NCBI GenBank assembly: GCA_008632985.1
Contig: QPGO01000308.1
Span: forward strand, 1-60,655
DNA length: 60,655 nt
From: Psammoneis japonica
Lineage: Eukaryota
Reading direction: 5' to 3'
The first letter of the stretch is position 1. Each line of letters starts with the position of its first letter. The notes below the pieces were generated by a model. It was not told the DNA's origin. It was given only the letters and a program-made list of their open reading frames with translations, and ran no database searches. Shown here piece after piece: positions 46,922 through 58,560 of the stretch. The translations under genes and the position numbers were made by a program.

Positions 46922-48412
46922 CTACACAACAGCCCACACGTAGCAAGCGACACCAAGAATGGCGGCTGCCCCAATGGTGAGTAGTGAGTAATAGTATCCA
47001 TGAGCATGTTGCGGAAGAGCCTTCATTAAACTCTCCGTCTCAACGACAAAGGTTGACACGGTGCTGAGACATCCCGCAAAGCCAAACTTGATGGCACCCA
47101 CCACCAAGAGCAGGGTTAGCTCGTCATTTATTTCGAGAGACAACGCCGCCATGAGAGCTGAAATAGCGCTCGCCAACATGTTGGCTGCAAAGGTTCCAAT
47201 GGGAAGCCACTCCCATTTTGGATTGTGTATGCAACCATTCAACTTGGAAAGTTGCCATCGTAGGATTGTTCCAAACGGTGAAAACAGAGTCGCTATAAAA
47301 TAGGTGCGGTAGGTAATTGAAGACGGATCCGATTTGTCCGACAGGGCAACGGCTCCCCAAATAAGCAAAGCCGTGGCAGAAAGAAAGCCAACCAAATTGA
47401 CAAACAATTCCATTCTGTACAATCGTAGATGTGACAATTTATGAAACTTGACGTGATGATGCCATCCTGCATTCCTTGCCGACTCCATCAAGTTCGCTCG
47501 TGGCCTTTCATGTCGAATATGAATCATGCTTTGAATCTCTCGAAGCTTTTGTGTGAAGGCGTGCTTGTGAAAGTAATGATGACGGTGGTCCTCCGTATCC
47601 GTTTGTTTCTCCAGATAAATCCCTTGATCCTCGTGCTTGCTCTCCTCCTCATAACTAATGTCATTATCATTGCCCACCGAGTCATAGTCTGTGGTCATAT
47701 CTGGCAACAAGTCCTTTTGCTGTACCAACATGCTCTTGCGGCTCTCATGAGCATCTGCTTGTCGACGCACCTCGGGATTGTTTCTCCGATGCAACGCCAC
47801 GGCTACATCCCTCCCGATCAGAAAGGATTGCATAGCGGCCATCCATCCAACTGCATATCCAAACAGTGCACTGACCCATTGTGTACTTGTTCCATTTCCA
47901 CCGCAAATCATTATTACCATTTGCGTATTCCAAGACGCAAACGTGGTGAGCGACCCAAACAGTCCTGTGCGCAAGCCCAAATGCGTTGTAGACCACTTTT
48001 GAAAGGCATGCGATTGCGGCAAAAACGCCACGGGCATTTCGTTCTGAGATACAGCATCCCCCGACACAAACATTCCAATTAAAAAGCATCCCAACATGTT
48101 GGCGGGCATGTCGATAAACATGGCACCACCCGACATGGACGTACTACCGGGATCTGTCGTGCAAGGCATCCATTCGAATTCGTTCAAACTGATCGAGCCG
48201 GGATTGTGACAGGCTTGACCAAAGATTTGTCCGACTACCCAACGAATCGATTCTCCAATGTACGAATAAAACGAGAGGGCAACGAGTTGAGAAATAAAAA
48301 CATGATTGTCGCTGCGAATCATCTCGTCATGAGCCGTCATGTCGAACGCAAAGCGAGACGCACTGCCAGACACCTCGGGATATCTCGAAAGGAAGAGTAA
48401 GGCGAGAATCAA
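46922..48412 (-). CDS. FEX: Fluoride exporter FEX (two CrcB/Fluc domains)
   Basis: ANMLGCFLIG..GLRTGLFGSLTTFASW and GTFAANM..FGFAGCLSTVSTF; the true start may be the ATG at 48453 through a 1-nt shift. Confidence 0.9.
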   Translation of the reverse strand: MILALLFLSRYPEVSGSASRFAFDMTAHDEMIRSDNHVFISQLVALSFYSYIGESIRWVVGQIFGQACHNPGSISLNEFEWMPCTTDPGSTSMSGGAMFIDMPANMLGCFLIGMFVSGDAVSQNEMPVAFLPQSHAFQKWSTTHLGLRTGLFGSLTTFASWNTQMVIMICGGNGTSTQWVSALFGYAVGWMAAMQSFLIGRDVAVALHRRNNPEVRRQADAHESRKSMLVQQKDLLPDMTTDYDSVGNDNDISYEEESKHEDQGIYLEKQTDTEDHRHHYFHKHAFTQKLREIQSMIHIRHERPRANLMESARNAGWHHHVKFHKLSHLRLYRMELFVNLVGFLSATALLIWGAVALSDKSDPSSITYRTYFIATLFSPFGTILRWQLSKLNGCIHNPKWEWLPIGTFAANMLASAISALMAALSLEINDELTLLLVVGAIKFGFAGCLSTVSTFVVETESLMKALPQHAHGYYYSLLTIGAAAILGVACYVWAVV

Positions 48413-48540
48413 CGGGAAAAGAACTTGGGGAAAGATGCTTGAAGCGCCGCCATTGTGCGTGATTGATTGATGCCAGAAATGTGGGTACAGGTCAAGGGCC
48501 TATGAGAAATAACAGAGAGTGATTGAACTCTGCTGTGTGT

Positions 48541-48880
48541 TCTACTCTCTCTACTAGAGAGAGTAGAGCTAGAGTACAGTAGAGGTAGCTACCTACTCTC
48601 TCTCTAGCTAGAGCTAGTAGAGAGAGCACCGTAGCTACTAGAGTAGAGCTAGTAGTAGAGGTAGCTACCTGCCGGTGGCCACCGGCAGCCAGAGCCAGCC
48701 AGCTGCTCTCTGCTCTAGCTTTTTGCTGGAGTTGCGGGGTGGAAGCATGGCAGCACTTTAAACAGTGGAGAGCCAGCAGCCAGAGAGCAGAGCTGCCGCC
48801 ATGTGATGCTGCCGCACCGCAGAGAGAGCTGCCATGACTGCGACTCTCTCTCTAGCCAGCTGGCTGCTCTGGCTGGCAGG
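48541..48880. repeat. TAG/CTA/GA low-complexity satellite: intact to ~48668, TpA-converted beyond
   Basis: agagtagagctagtagtagaggtagctacc changes to ctgccggtggccaccggcagccagagccagccagctgctctc. Confidence 0.8.
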
Positions 48881-49770
48881 ATGACAGTCAGATGGGAACA
48901 CTGGAAAATCTTTCACACACTGCGAGCAGATCTCATTCTGGCACTCGGTCCAGAGTGTGCACACAAAGAAGGGTCACCCATCCTCAGCCAAACCATTTCG
49001 AAAGACGAACTTTTCACAATCAACACGGGATGCCGGCAAGTGCTTGTGCATCCCATCCGCAGCAATCTTGCTCAATGCATCAAAATCTGTGCGCTCCTCG
49101 GGCGTCGATGACTTCTTGCAGCCCAGCTTGAGCAGCAAGTCCGACGGATCGAACCCTGTCAAATTGTTCCCAGTTCGAGGCTCACAAGAAAAGCACAACA
49201 AATGCAAATGAGATGGGTTGGAGTGGCGCGTTGTCCTTGTAGTCAGCGTGCATGAGGAGCCAACAACGCAAGCCACCCGATGTGGCGTCCTTGCAAATGC
49301 CGCAGTGCCGCCCAACTCCACGATGGGTGGAGCCTCGAGTTGGAGGAGGAGGAGTTGGGACATCCTCTGCAGTCTCATTGTTGCCGCCATGATGCCTTGG
49401 ATCTGCTTCTGCGGGTGAGGGTCAGCCTCATGCCGGCAGTCAGAGTCGCTGTCATCAGAGCAGTCGTCGATGCCACCATCGGTCTGCACGCCAACAGAGA
49501 CAACCACGTGCTGCAACAACAAGCCCCAATTTTTGAGGTTCCCAGTGGGTGCAGCATTGTCGTCCTCAATGTCTCCAGCTGCAGCAGCGTCGGTGCCATT
49601 TTGGCGTGAAGTTTGAAAGATGGGGCATTCGAAAAAGGCTGTGGTGAAGGACACAATGACGGACCCAATGCTGACGAGCGCTTTGTTGTGACGTGCGCCC
49701 GCCGAGTGCAGCACATGGCGTTGGAACTTGCAAATCCAAGTGCAAGTTTCCTTGAGAACAAAGAAATGAG
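48669..49770. other. TpA-depleted tract
   Basis: Very few TA between the satellite and the MITE. Confidence 0.7.
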
Positions 49771-49775
49771 CACTA

Positions 49776-50137
49776 TGGGGACATCCCGAATAAATTTAGC
49801 CAGTGGCTAAAAACCTCCTGTAGAATTCTACGGATTTCTCCTGGTATGCGATATATTTAATGATAACGCCTTTTAACGCCACCCCATTGTTTTCTTTTAT
49901 ATACATATTATTATTTGTAGTTTTTTGTTTTTGTATTCATTTTGAAACGCTTAAAAGCTAAATGTTTTATATGAACGAACGTTATAGTTAGCACCAAACC
50001 GTTACAGATATGACATTTATAGGTTCAGTACAATGGATAGTAAATACTTTTTGTGTAGAAAATATACCAGCGTACAAACCTGGTATGTGTCTACACAAAA
50101 TTTTAGCCACTGGCTAAAATCATTCGGTATGTCCCCA
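49776..50137. mobile_element. AT-rich MITE, ~360 bp, with ~37-bp TIRs, flanked by TA (Tc1/mariner-type target)
   Basis: ta|tggggacatcccgaataaatttagccagtggctaaaa ... ttttagccactggctaaaatcattcggtatgtcccca|ta. Confidence 0.85.
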
Positions 50138-50261
50138 TAATAGTGAACAAGAAGGAGGGGACCACCATGCAAACCAAATCAATGTCGAGGTTTGAGGATT
50201 CGCTCGGCCATGTCAAAGCCTGTACACAACACGACGGAGAGCCAATATTTTGTGACGAAAG

Positions 50262-51386
50262 TCAAAAAGTTGAAAATTGCACAAGGAAACGAAAGACGCC
50301 AGAACTGACCTTAAGAGCATTGATGAAGTCCAATGCCGCCAGTGGTCCCAGCATCATGAGGAGACAAAAACGGACTTGGCGTTGGGGCGACGTCAACAAA
50401 AAGTTGATGCACTGAGTGCCAACTACGAGGACCGACGAGATGGCGCTTGAAGGCGGAAATGCAATGGGAGGAGGAAAGAAGGGCACTTCTAACTGAAAGA
50501 GCCTGGACATCTCGAGCGAGATTCGAGCCATCAACCACTGTTCCACCATGACCTTGAGAAGGACACTGACCAACTTCGCGCAAGGAGCCCGCACAACAAA
50601 CCTCTCGCAAATGGAATCGAGATGCTCGTAGAAGCATTGACCGAGGAATCCATACAAAAGCCCAAGCTTGATCATGCGGAGAGTTTGATGAGAATCATAT
50701 TCGTACCACTCATGAGAGCTGGCGAATTCGTCGCGGGAATCCTTGTCTTGCAAGCCAATCTGGATCCACACGTCGACACACGCGAAGACAACTGCGCTTG
50801 AAAGTAAAGAACGCAACAAATTGCTAGTAAAGAAAGACTCCGGGAGGCCGCGAAAGTCATCCTTGGGAGGAGTAGGAATGCCTTGCTTTTGAGTTTCGAC
50901 GGTGTCATCATCTTCGGAGAGGACAGACTGAGACCCGGAAGCGTGTGCGTTCTCTTGCTCATCCAAACCGCGCTCGTAGCCTGACTGTCCCCTCTGCTCT
51001 GGCGGACCAACATTGACTTGCGTAGAAATGTCTTGCTCTTGAGTTTCGAGGGCAGGCCCCAAAGTATGTTTATTCTCTTGCTTGTCCCAATCGCGCGTGT
51101 AGTCTGACTCTCCCCTCTGCTCTAGGGGACTGACATGGGCTTCGTTTCGGAGGGATCGCAACGGTTGCGTCGCGAGCAGTAACGAACGAGAACACTGGGA
51201 GGCAGATGCGATGTTATTGGTTTCCTGTGCTTCCATGATGGGGATGCTTTCGCCACTCCCACTAGGCTGCGGCGCAAGAGGCACGTTTCGCTGCGACGCA
51301 TCCGCCACTGGAAGAGCCACACGTCTACGCTTCTGCTGTGAAACACCATTGTTCCCAGCCTTTCGCTTGTGCGGTGATACCCCCAT
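50262..51386 (-). CDS. Divergent Mpv17/PMP22-like membrane protein with a disordered N-terminus
   Basis: D...Q, YDSHQTLRM..LG..YG....FYEHLD, KVMVEQ, Q.INF...PQ.QV. Confidence 0.6.
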   Translation of the reverse strand: MGVSPHKRKAGNNGVSQQKRRRVALPVADASQRNVPLAPQPSGSGESIPIMEAQETNNIASASQCSRSLLLATQPLRSLRNEAHVSPLEQRGESDYTRDWDKQENKHTLGPALETQEQDISTQVNVGPPEQRGQSGYERGLDEQENAHASGSQSVLSEDDDTVETQKQGIPTPPKDDFRGLPESFFTSNLLRSLLSSAVVFACVDVWIQIGLQDKDSRDEFASSHEWYEYDSHQTLRMIKLGLLYGFLGQCFYEHLDSICERFVVRAPCAKLVSVLLKVMVEQWLMARISLEMSRLFQLEVPFFPPPIAFPPSSAISSVLVVGTQCINFLLTSPQRQVRFCLLMMLGPLAALDFINALKVSSGVFRFLVQFSTF

Positions 51387-52799
51387 CTTGCAGTACCGCC
51401 AACAAGGAAAGGTATGTTTTCAATCCTTACAACTACAAGACTCAGCTACTCTGGCTCGAAGCAGATGTAGAGTGCGATTCTTTCGTGCTCTCGCCAGATT
51501 ATGAACTTGTTGCTGCAAGTCTTGTTGACTCGAGAATAGATCTTCCACCAAAATTTTCTTCTCTCGAAAGTTTCAGTTGTGAATATAGATGTCATATCCT
51601 TTTCTGAAGTTTTATTGCTCTCAAAATATCGCTGATTTGCATGTGCAGCCTCGCGAAAATTACAAACACATGATGGATTGATCGGCAAACAAGAGCGATG
51701 TGAAACCACAATATTCGCATCGTGCAGCACTGCACTCGACTGCGAAAACGGCGCGTCTCGGTCTTTCCTGCAAGTACAGACATCTTCCCAAAGAGAATTC
51801 GTATGTAAAAGAGCCCTTCCAAGATGTACCAACCCGACACCGCAGTTTCCAAGTGTTTACATAAACAGTCACCAACGCATATGTGACTTTTGGCCATAAA
51901 ACCAATCTTCGTCTGAGAACTTTCAATAGCGAGGGTCCTCACATTTTATATCGCATATGATAAGCCTTGCGATATTCTGAAATGCCGCGTCGGTACTTGA
52001 CGCAGAACCCTCGTCCGATGTTTCAGCAGCCATGTTTGCATTAGATTCGGGACGTTCGACTGCGTCGCGCTCACTTGATTTCCTATTTCTCTCTTGATAG
52101 CAGGGCCTTGCCATCGGTAACCTTGTCAAATGACACTTCGATTCCTTTAGAAGCCCCTTGTGCCTCAGAACCGTTTGGGCGGTTTATCGGGAAGCACGGC
52201 CTGCGGAGCGGTTGGCTCAGAAAGATAAATCGGCCCTGAGATAAAGCAACGTTGTGGATCCATCCTGCGACCAGTGGAACCTCTGTAATCCGCACTTTCG
52301 TTAGTAGGTTGGATAGATTGCAACTTCTGTACCTCAGCCGCGCGATACTGGGCTTCGCTAGCAATGTTACGATAGCTTTGCCAAGGGCCCACGGAGCTGG
52401 TGGCCCACTGGTTGGCTCAGGCCTCGGTCCTGAAATGAACCCACCTGTTTTACGAGTATTCATTCGGCCGGGGCCGATGTAGTCATCCATCATGCTCTTG
52501 TTCTACCTTCCAACAGAGGTCAAATCTTCCTTCGGCTCCTTTGGGGGAGGAAGCGCTGGCTGCACCACTGTCCAAGGGCGTAGCACCAAAGAAATGCCCA
52601 ACGGTGTTTCTGTCTGTCATCTTGTCCTTGGATCTCTCACTGGTCCGAGACGTGGGCATGATATTTGAAAGGGCAGAAAAATGCAACGACTGGCCGAAAC
52701 AACAGATACATGACATTGGCCGTCAGCGCACAAAAGACTACAAACGAGGCCGTTTCGAGTTGCAAGCCCGACACTTCGTTCAGCCAAGACACAGTCTGC

Positions 52800-53400
52800 G
52801 CTAACATCCAAGGAACAAGTGAGTATGCGAAACAACGAATCTCGAGTGAGATAATGCATACTCGACTCACCTGGTAGGATATAAGGCGAAAAAAAATCAC
52901 CCAGCGTCCTGGCTAGGTAGATCAAGTGACGGTTGTTGGTCGGTAAAGGCCAAAACGTCATGAACTGAGAAGTGAACAACAGAGAAAGGTTGTAGTGCTT
53001 GGCTCCAAAGATAAAGGAGGAGAAAAGAACGACTTTCCTCCATGAAGTAAGCACGACATCTTGAATCTTTGTCAAGATGTGGAACCAAACAACGTGTTCG
53101 ACAAGCACACCTTGCACAGGACACTGACAATGTTTCTACCGGGGATCGGATCGCATCGAGATGCTTGTTGAAAAGGAATCTAAGAAAACCATACGCTAGT
53201 CCAAACAACGCCATCCTGAGCGTTTGAGGCGAATCATAATCTCCGCGCCATAAAGGGTCACCAAAAACGCTTCCTGGCGAAAAAAGCTGACACATCACGT
53301 CGACGAAAACGTATGCCAGTACGCTCACGAGAACGCCATGGAGCACCCTGTCGGGCTGCTTCCTGAATGTGCTGTTTTAGGGTGGCAGTGTCGTAGTTTA
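52800..53400 (-). pseudogene. Second Mpv17/PMP22-like copy, frameshifted
   Basis: DVMCQ..YDSPQTLRMALFGLAYG....NKHLD, continuing in another frame as VLVEHVVW; ends approximate. Confidence 0.5.
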
Positions 53401-53833
53401 GTATATTTCTTTTTCGATTCACGGCCTTCTCTTGGATTCTTCGTAGTGCGCTCCTCAATACTGATAGGAATCAAGCCGGCTTGAATCGAGTGGAATTCAT
53501 CCAAAGAAGATGTTCAGAGTCGAAACGTCTTGCTTCGACTCTAACTCTCGAAAGATAAAGACTCACTCTCTCCCATCATACCAGTAAGTCCCGTCAAAAT
53601 TTTGGGATGGCTTTCACAAGAAAGCTTCAGTTGAGATTCTTCTTTTACGTTCAACGGAAAAAGGTATCGCGCGGGAATCGAGACAGTCCGTCAAATACCG
53701 ACCGCACACACATGTATGACAGGCTTTTAGGTGTATCATAAAAAACTGTGGAACGACCATCATCACCAACCAATTATTGTGCCACTTCACTCCTCTGTAG
53801 AGAGAAAAGGCAGAGCCCAACCTCGGAAGAACC

Positions 53834-54376
53834 ATGGTGCATGAAATTGCACCCGAGAGCTTTATCGCTGTGGGTAACGAACGGTCCCAGGTTCTTGAAC
53901 ATGACAATGGGTCCGTCACCGGTGTTACCATTGCCGAATCCGTTCATGAAGAAGACGACGTGTTGAGCATCAAGAATGATGCCACGCAAGAGCTGGCATC
54001 AATGAGGGCGGAATTGGAGGAACTGCGACAACTCACGGAGAGGAACGAGATTCGCATTAAGACGAAGGAGAAGCTTATGATTCTTGCATTCCTGTTGTCG
54101 CTAGCATGTAGCGGAGTCGTTGCTGTTTGGCTACATCTACAGGACCTTGGTCACCGCAACGAAGTTGTTGACCTCCGCAACGAAGTTGTTGACCTCCGTA
54201 ACGATGTTGTCAGCCTCAGTAACGAAGTTGTTGGCCTCCGTCAAGAACTTGAGCTTCAGCACTTCTCGCCACTTGAAGGTATGAGCAAGGCCATTGTAGG
54301 CGGCAAGGACGTAGCAGCGAAGGTATTTGAGTGGTATGTAGGCATACCTACCGAGACGGAGGAGAAAAGCTTGTGA
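53834..54376 (+). CDS. Hypothetical single-TM coiled-coil protein, 180 aa, with a 21-bp tandem repeat
   Basis: Intact ORF; RNEVVDL-like heptad four times at ~54155-54240. Confidence 0.6.
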   Translation: MVHEIAPESFIAVGNERSQVLEHDNGSVTGVTIAESVHEEDDVLSIKNDATQELASMRAELEELRQLTERNEIRIKTKEKLMILAFLLSLACSGVVAVWLHLQDLGHRNEVVDLRNEVVDLRNDVVSLSNEVVGLRQELELQHFSPLEGMSKAIVGGKDVAAKVFEWYVGIPTETEEKSL

Positions 54377-55032
54377 AGTAAGCAGCCCTCTTGTAAGGTC
54401 TATAGGAAGTAGGAGAAAAGTTATTAGTATGATCAATTGAAACCCAATAAGTCAATTAACCTCATTCTTTGTCTGACAGTGCATTCGCTCACTCATCAAA
54501 CCAAGATCAAACTGTGAATTCTTTCAGTCGAAAGGATTGAAAGAGCATGTAGAAATATCAGAACATCTACATCCTTAGACTCACCCTTTTCTTATGCACT
54601 GATAATATCTCTTACGAACAGCGCCAGACACAATCAAAACGCTTCGTACCGGGAGTCATTGTATGAATACGAATCATAGATTATTGAAGTTGCATGGGTG
54701 AGCGCTGGTAGAGAACATCTACCGGTATCGCTCTAGAACGCCATGGCGAAGTGTTCGTCGGGAGGTCGACGGTAGGTCGGTGGGACTGGTATGTTTGTCC
54801 GTGTAATACTATTACTGGGTGCGCACCAGGTTATTACAATTACGCGCGCCACGCACGACTGACCGAATCTTCGGAATTTCAATTTTGCGCCGACTTCAAC
54901 TGTATCCACGTAGACATCTACGCGCTTTTGTACCAGAAAACAGCTGGCCGAAAAGATACTTCTCTTGACAACAAGATCTGACATGGCTCACTTTTTTCTC
55001 GTTTTGGCCTGTTGTCACAAAAGAAACCCACC

Positions 55033-55303
55033 ATGATGTCGCTTCGTTCTCTCTTTGTTGCTCTTGCCGTCCTTGCCGTCTTGCCGTGGCGAATGCTTTT
55101 GCCCCATCCTCCAACAACAGGCCTTTTGGAGTGGCCAAATCGACTACTAGTCTCAACATGAAGTTCATGAAGGATCTTGGATTCGAAAAGCCATCGTGGT
55201 TGCCCAACTTTGGAGGAGACGAAAGAAGGAAGAAGCTCCCGCTGCAAAGGAAGAAGAAGAAACTGCCGAGGAAGAGGTGGCAGAACCCTCCAAAGAAGAG
55301 TAA
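55033..55303 (+). CDS. Small plastid-targeted protein with acidic tail (two apparent 1-nt deletions)
   Basis: MMSLRSLFVALAVLAV-ANA|FAP presequence, TSLNMKFMKDLGFEKPSWLPNFGG, then EEAPAAKEEEETAEEE after a shift in an A-run. Confidence 0.7.
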
Positions 55304-56388
55304 GGATACGTAAGGAGAGATGTGCAATAGATGACCCCAGGGGTGCTTGAATCATGACACGACGCCGCACCATGTCACGCCTATTAACCGTTGATCCATC
55401 CATCGACCATGTGGTCGTGTAAGCAAATAACATACCTTACCGCGCGGGTGGTCCAAGAGCAGATTTTAGACAATATAATGATTATAGAGCAAGACCATGA
55501 AAGTCGATTTTACCACAAACACAGAACTGACCATTCTGCACACAAGAGAACATGTAAGAGTTGCCCTATCCCAGTTAAACTCAACCGTTGAATGATCTCG
55601 TCCACGCATCTCCACACTAAGCAAGATCGTGCTTCCAAGTGGCCTCAAGACTGAGTTGGAGCGCCTATAACATTTCGACGTTCTCTAAAAATCAGGCACT
55701 TTGGGTGTGGCAACGTTCTTGACGCCATATTCATCCCGGGGTGAATGATGTCGCGGAGCTACCCTGGTTCAGATTTTGGAGTTTCCATGACCGATCACTA
55801 AAGAGGACATCCGGTACCCCATGTTCTTGCTATGCCATCTTTAACTTTACCGTCAGTTTGACAATGTCCGGAAGAAACAGGAGGTTGGAAACATCTAATT
55901 GAAGAGGGAGAGGGACCATTGGGGCTATTATATGCCGTGTCGAAGAACAAAGGTGTAATACCTCGATAAGACTTACACTTTGCCAGGAAGTGTTTTGTGC
56001 CGGGGTCTCGTGAAAAAGTGAGGCCCGAGAGGTCAACTACAGTACGGTACAGAACGTGTACTGTCGTTGATAATCGTTGCAAATAGACATATACAAAGTT
56101 TGATATGTAGTTTCTATTTTTCTAGTCGTTATCTCTACAGTTTCAACTATGCCATTTTTATTATTGTATGTTGTAATTTATATTTATAATTTGTAGTCGT
56201 GTTAAATAACAACGTAAGCCCTACTTAACGTTGCATGCCGGTTGGGGGGATGAGTTGAGAACGATCACATTTTTGTTCTTTTCTTGCCCAAAACACACGC
56301 ATTGAGAGAGAGTGTGATCCGAACACCACTACTGTACATTCCTTCCCGATATATCTTGCTCCCCTTGAGACTCCCTTGAAGCCCGAAG

Positions 56389-58374
56389 ATGAGAAGCGAC
56401 TACCTCAGATCTCTTCTGGCTATCCTGTCGGCTTCAGTCGTCCATGCCAACGTTGGAGATTTGTTGTCGAACCGGAAACTAGAAAATGGCATGTTCTTGA
56501 AAGACGCCTCCGAAATTTTGGAGGAGCTGGATTCGTTCAAGTACTTATTTATTTCTTATCACAACTGCGTGTGAGTATGAAGATTCTTTACTTTTCTTTT
56601 TATTCGCAGAGTCGAGACTCAAGCTAAACCTTTCGTTTTCCTCTTTTCCAAACAATAGCTGGAGTGAATATAAAGGCAGTGATTATCAGGAAGAGGAAGA
56701 TTACACTGGCGACACTACGAGTGCATATGAGAACGAGAGTACAGATACAACCTATAGAGCCAATGCTGCCTTTAGTCTCTATGGTGTGCTCGACGACGGC
56801 TCTGATTCAGGCACAACAACCAATTATTGTAATTCGGGAACGTTCATTAATTCTTTTGTCTCCAGCTATGGAGTAGAATCTTTTGCAGGACCCTTAGGCA
56901 TTGACACATCCATGGTTACTTCTCAATGTTCCGTACAAAAGAAGATAATTTCATACACCAGCATAACAACTGGATGCTCCGCTCAAGGACTCTTCACCAT
57001 TGATGAATTTATGGGGAAGAGCTGTGACATCTCAAAGTATAAAGCTACACTTGATACGCTGGATGATTTCAACAACGCATTGCAAGATCAGGCCTGCGTT
57101 CAGGTCTTTAGCTCAGATGATGATAGCGAACGAAAGCTTGATTCTGGCAGCTTATTGCGGAGCTAGTTCTTGCAAGTAGCTCACCTTGTTTGATTGCCAA
57201 TATCACAAACGAATGCCCGGACCCATTTGGCTTACTGCCAGATTCTGATGAAGCTGGTGGTGACAGTGGTAGTGGAGGAGGTGGCGGCGGCGGAGGTAGT
57301 GGTGGTGGTGGTGGTGGCGGGTCCTCATTAACTAGCAGCACTTCTGCATCCAGTAGCAGCTCTTCGGCATCCAGCAGCAGCGCTTCCGCATCAAGTAGCA
57401 GTGGAGGCTCCAACGGCGGAGGGTCCTCAAATAGCATGGAGAGAGCGGCCATGTTCAAATGGATTTCCTTTGGTATTGCTGCGATGGCGGCAATGGCAGT
57501 AGCCACGGCTTGGACTATGTATCGCAGCGATGCGGCAAGAAATGAACCCAGGCTTTCTTTAGACGATGACGGTAGCTTCATTGCAAATCCTCCGCCCAAA
57601 AAATCAATGAAAGCTAGAGTGTCAGGTAGCATCCGAAGAGCCAAGACACGATTTCAAGAGTACGCCGAAGAAGAAGAATATGATCCCGACGGCAGTCGCT
57701 ACATGCCTCCGAATACCGGAGCTACGACAATAAATTATGCCAACAGGTCTTACCGGGCTCAAGTTGGTGTGTCGAAAGGCCAAAATCAAGCGCCATGCTT
57801 AGCAAGATCCAGACATGTGGATATCTACGGAAGAATACCGGACGTATTCAGTGAAGATTCTGAGAACAGAGGGACAGGTGCAACGACTATTACTTATCCC
57901 AACAGATCTTACAATGTTCAGATTGGCCTGGCCAAGAATCAAGACCAAGCTCCAGACATTTCCAAGAGTAAAGTTGTAGAGATGGCTGGTAGTATTCCAA
58001 ACGTGTTCAGCATTGACACGGATGAAAAGGGTAACAGCAATGGAGCCACGACGGTATGTTACACGGCCCGATCGTACAATGCTCAGATCGGTTTTGCCGC
58101 GGACCAGGTCGAGACACCAAACGTGGCGGCAAGCCAAACGGTTGCCCTTCCCGGACGTCTTCCGCCAGTCATGAGTGACGACACCATGTTTCGTGACCTG
58201 GAAACCCCGCAGCAGCAGGCTCCAGCTCGTAAAAAGAGGCCTCGTCTCGCCAAAGTGTCTTCTAGGCTTTTTGGGTTCGAAAAAGTGACTCGTGATACCG
58301 TGGGTGGGCAAAAACCAAAGATTCGCACCCATAAATGTTTTGCATTTACTTGCATAAGAATTAATTTTACGTAA
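56389..58374 (+). CDS. Diatom type-I membrane protein with silicalemma-associated-protein-like architecture; intron ~56570-56658; apparent frameshifts
   Basis: Signal peptide, RKL motifs, Cys-spaced luminal domain (YHNCV|WS, YRANAAFSLYG, TFINSF), Gly/Ser linker, one TM, repetitive cytosolic tail; true stop may be near 58288. Confidence 0.65.
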
Positions 58375-58560
58375 TACCTTTACGTGTTCATTTATTCCCA
58401 CCGCTAGTGAACATTCCCACCGTTCTGTAAATTCTGTACTGTAGCGTCCATGCGTATCTGAAACTCTAAGAGTTGCCCATACCATGTAAAGCTACTCGAC
58501 AGATTCTCAAAAGAAGAAGGCGATCCAATATGACAGTAGTACAACTCTCTATTATTTATC

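Noticed and set aside
49771..50145. CACTA...TAGTG termini suggesting an EnSpm/CACTA element
   Set aside because: No matching TSD (gag versus aac) and the right end is offset by 3 nt; the TA-flanked TIR reading fits better
51900..52720. Broken minus-strand ORFs between the two Mpv17-like copies
   Set aside because: No recognisable domain and several stops; cannot support a call
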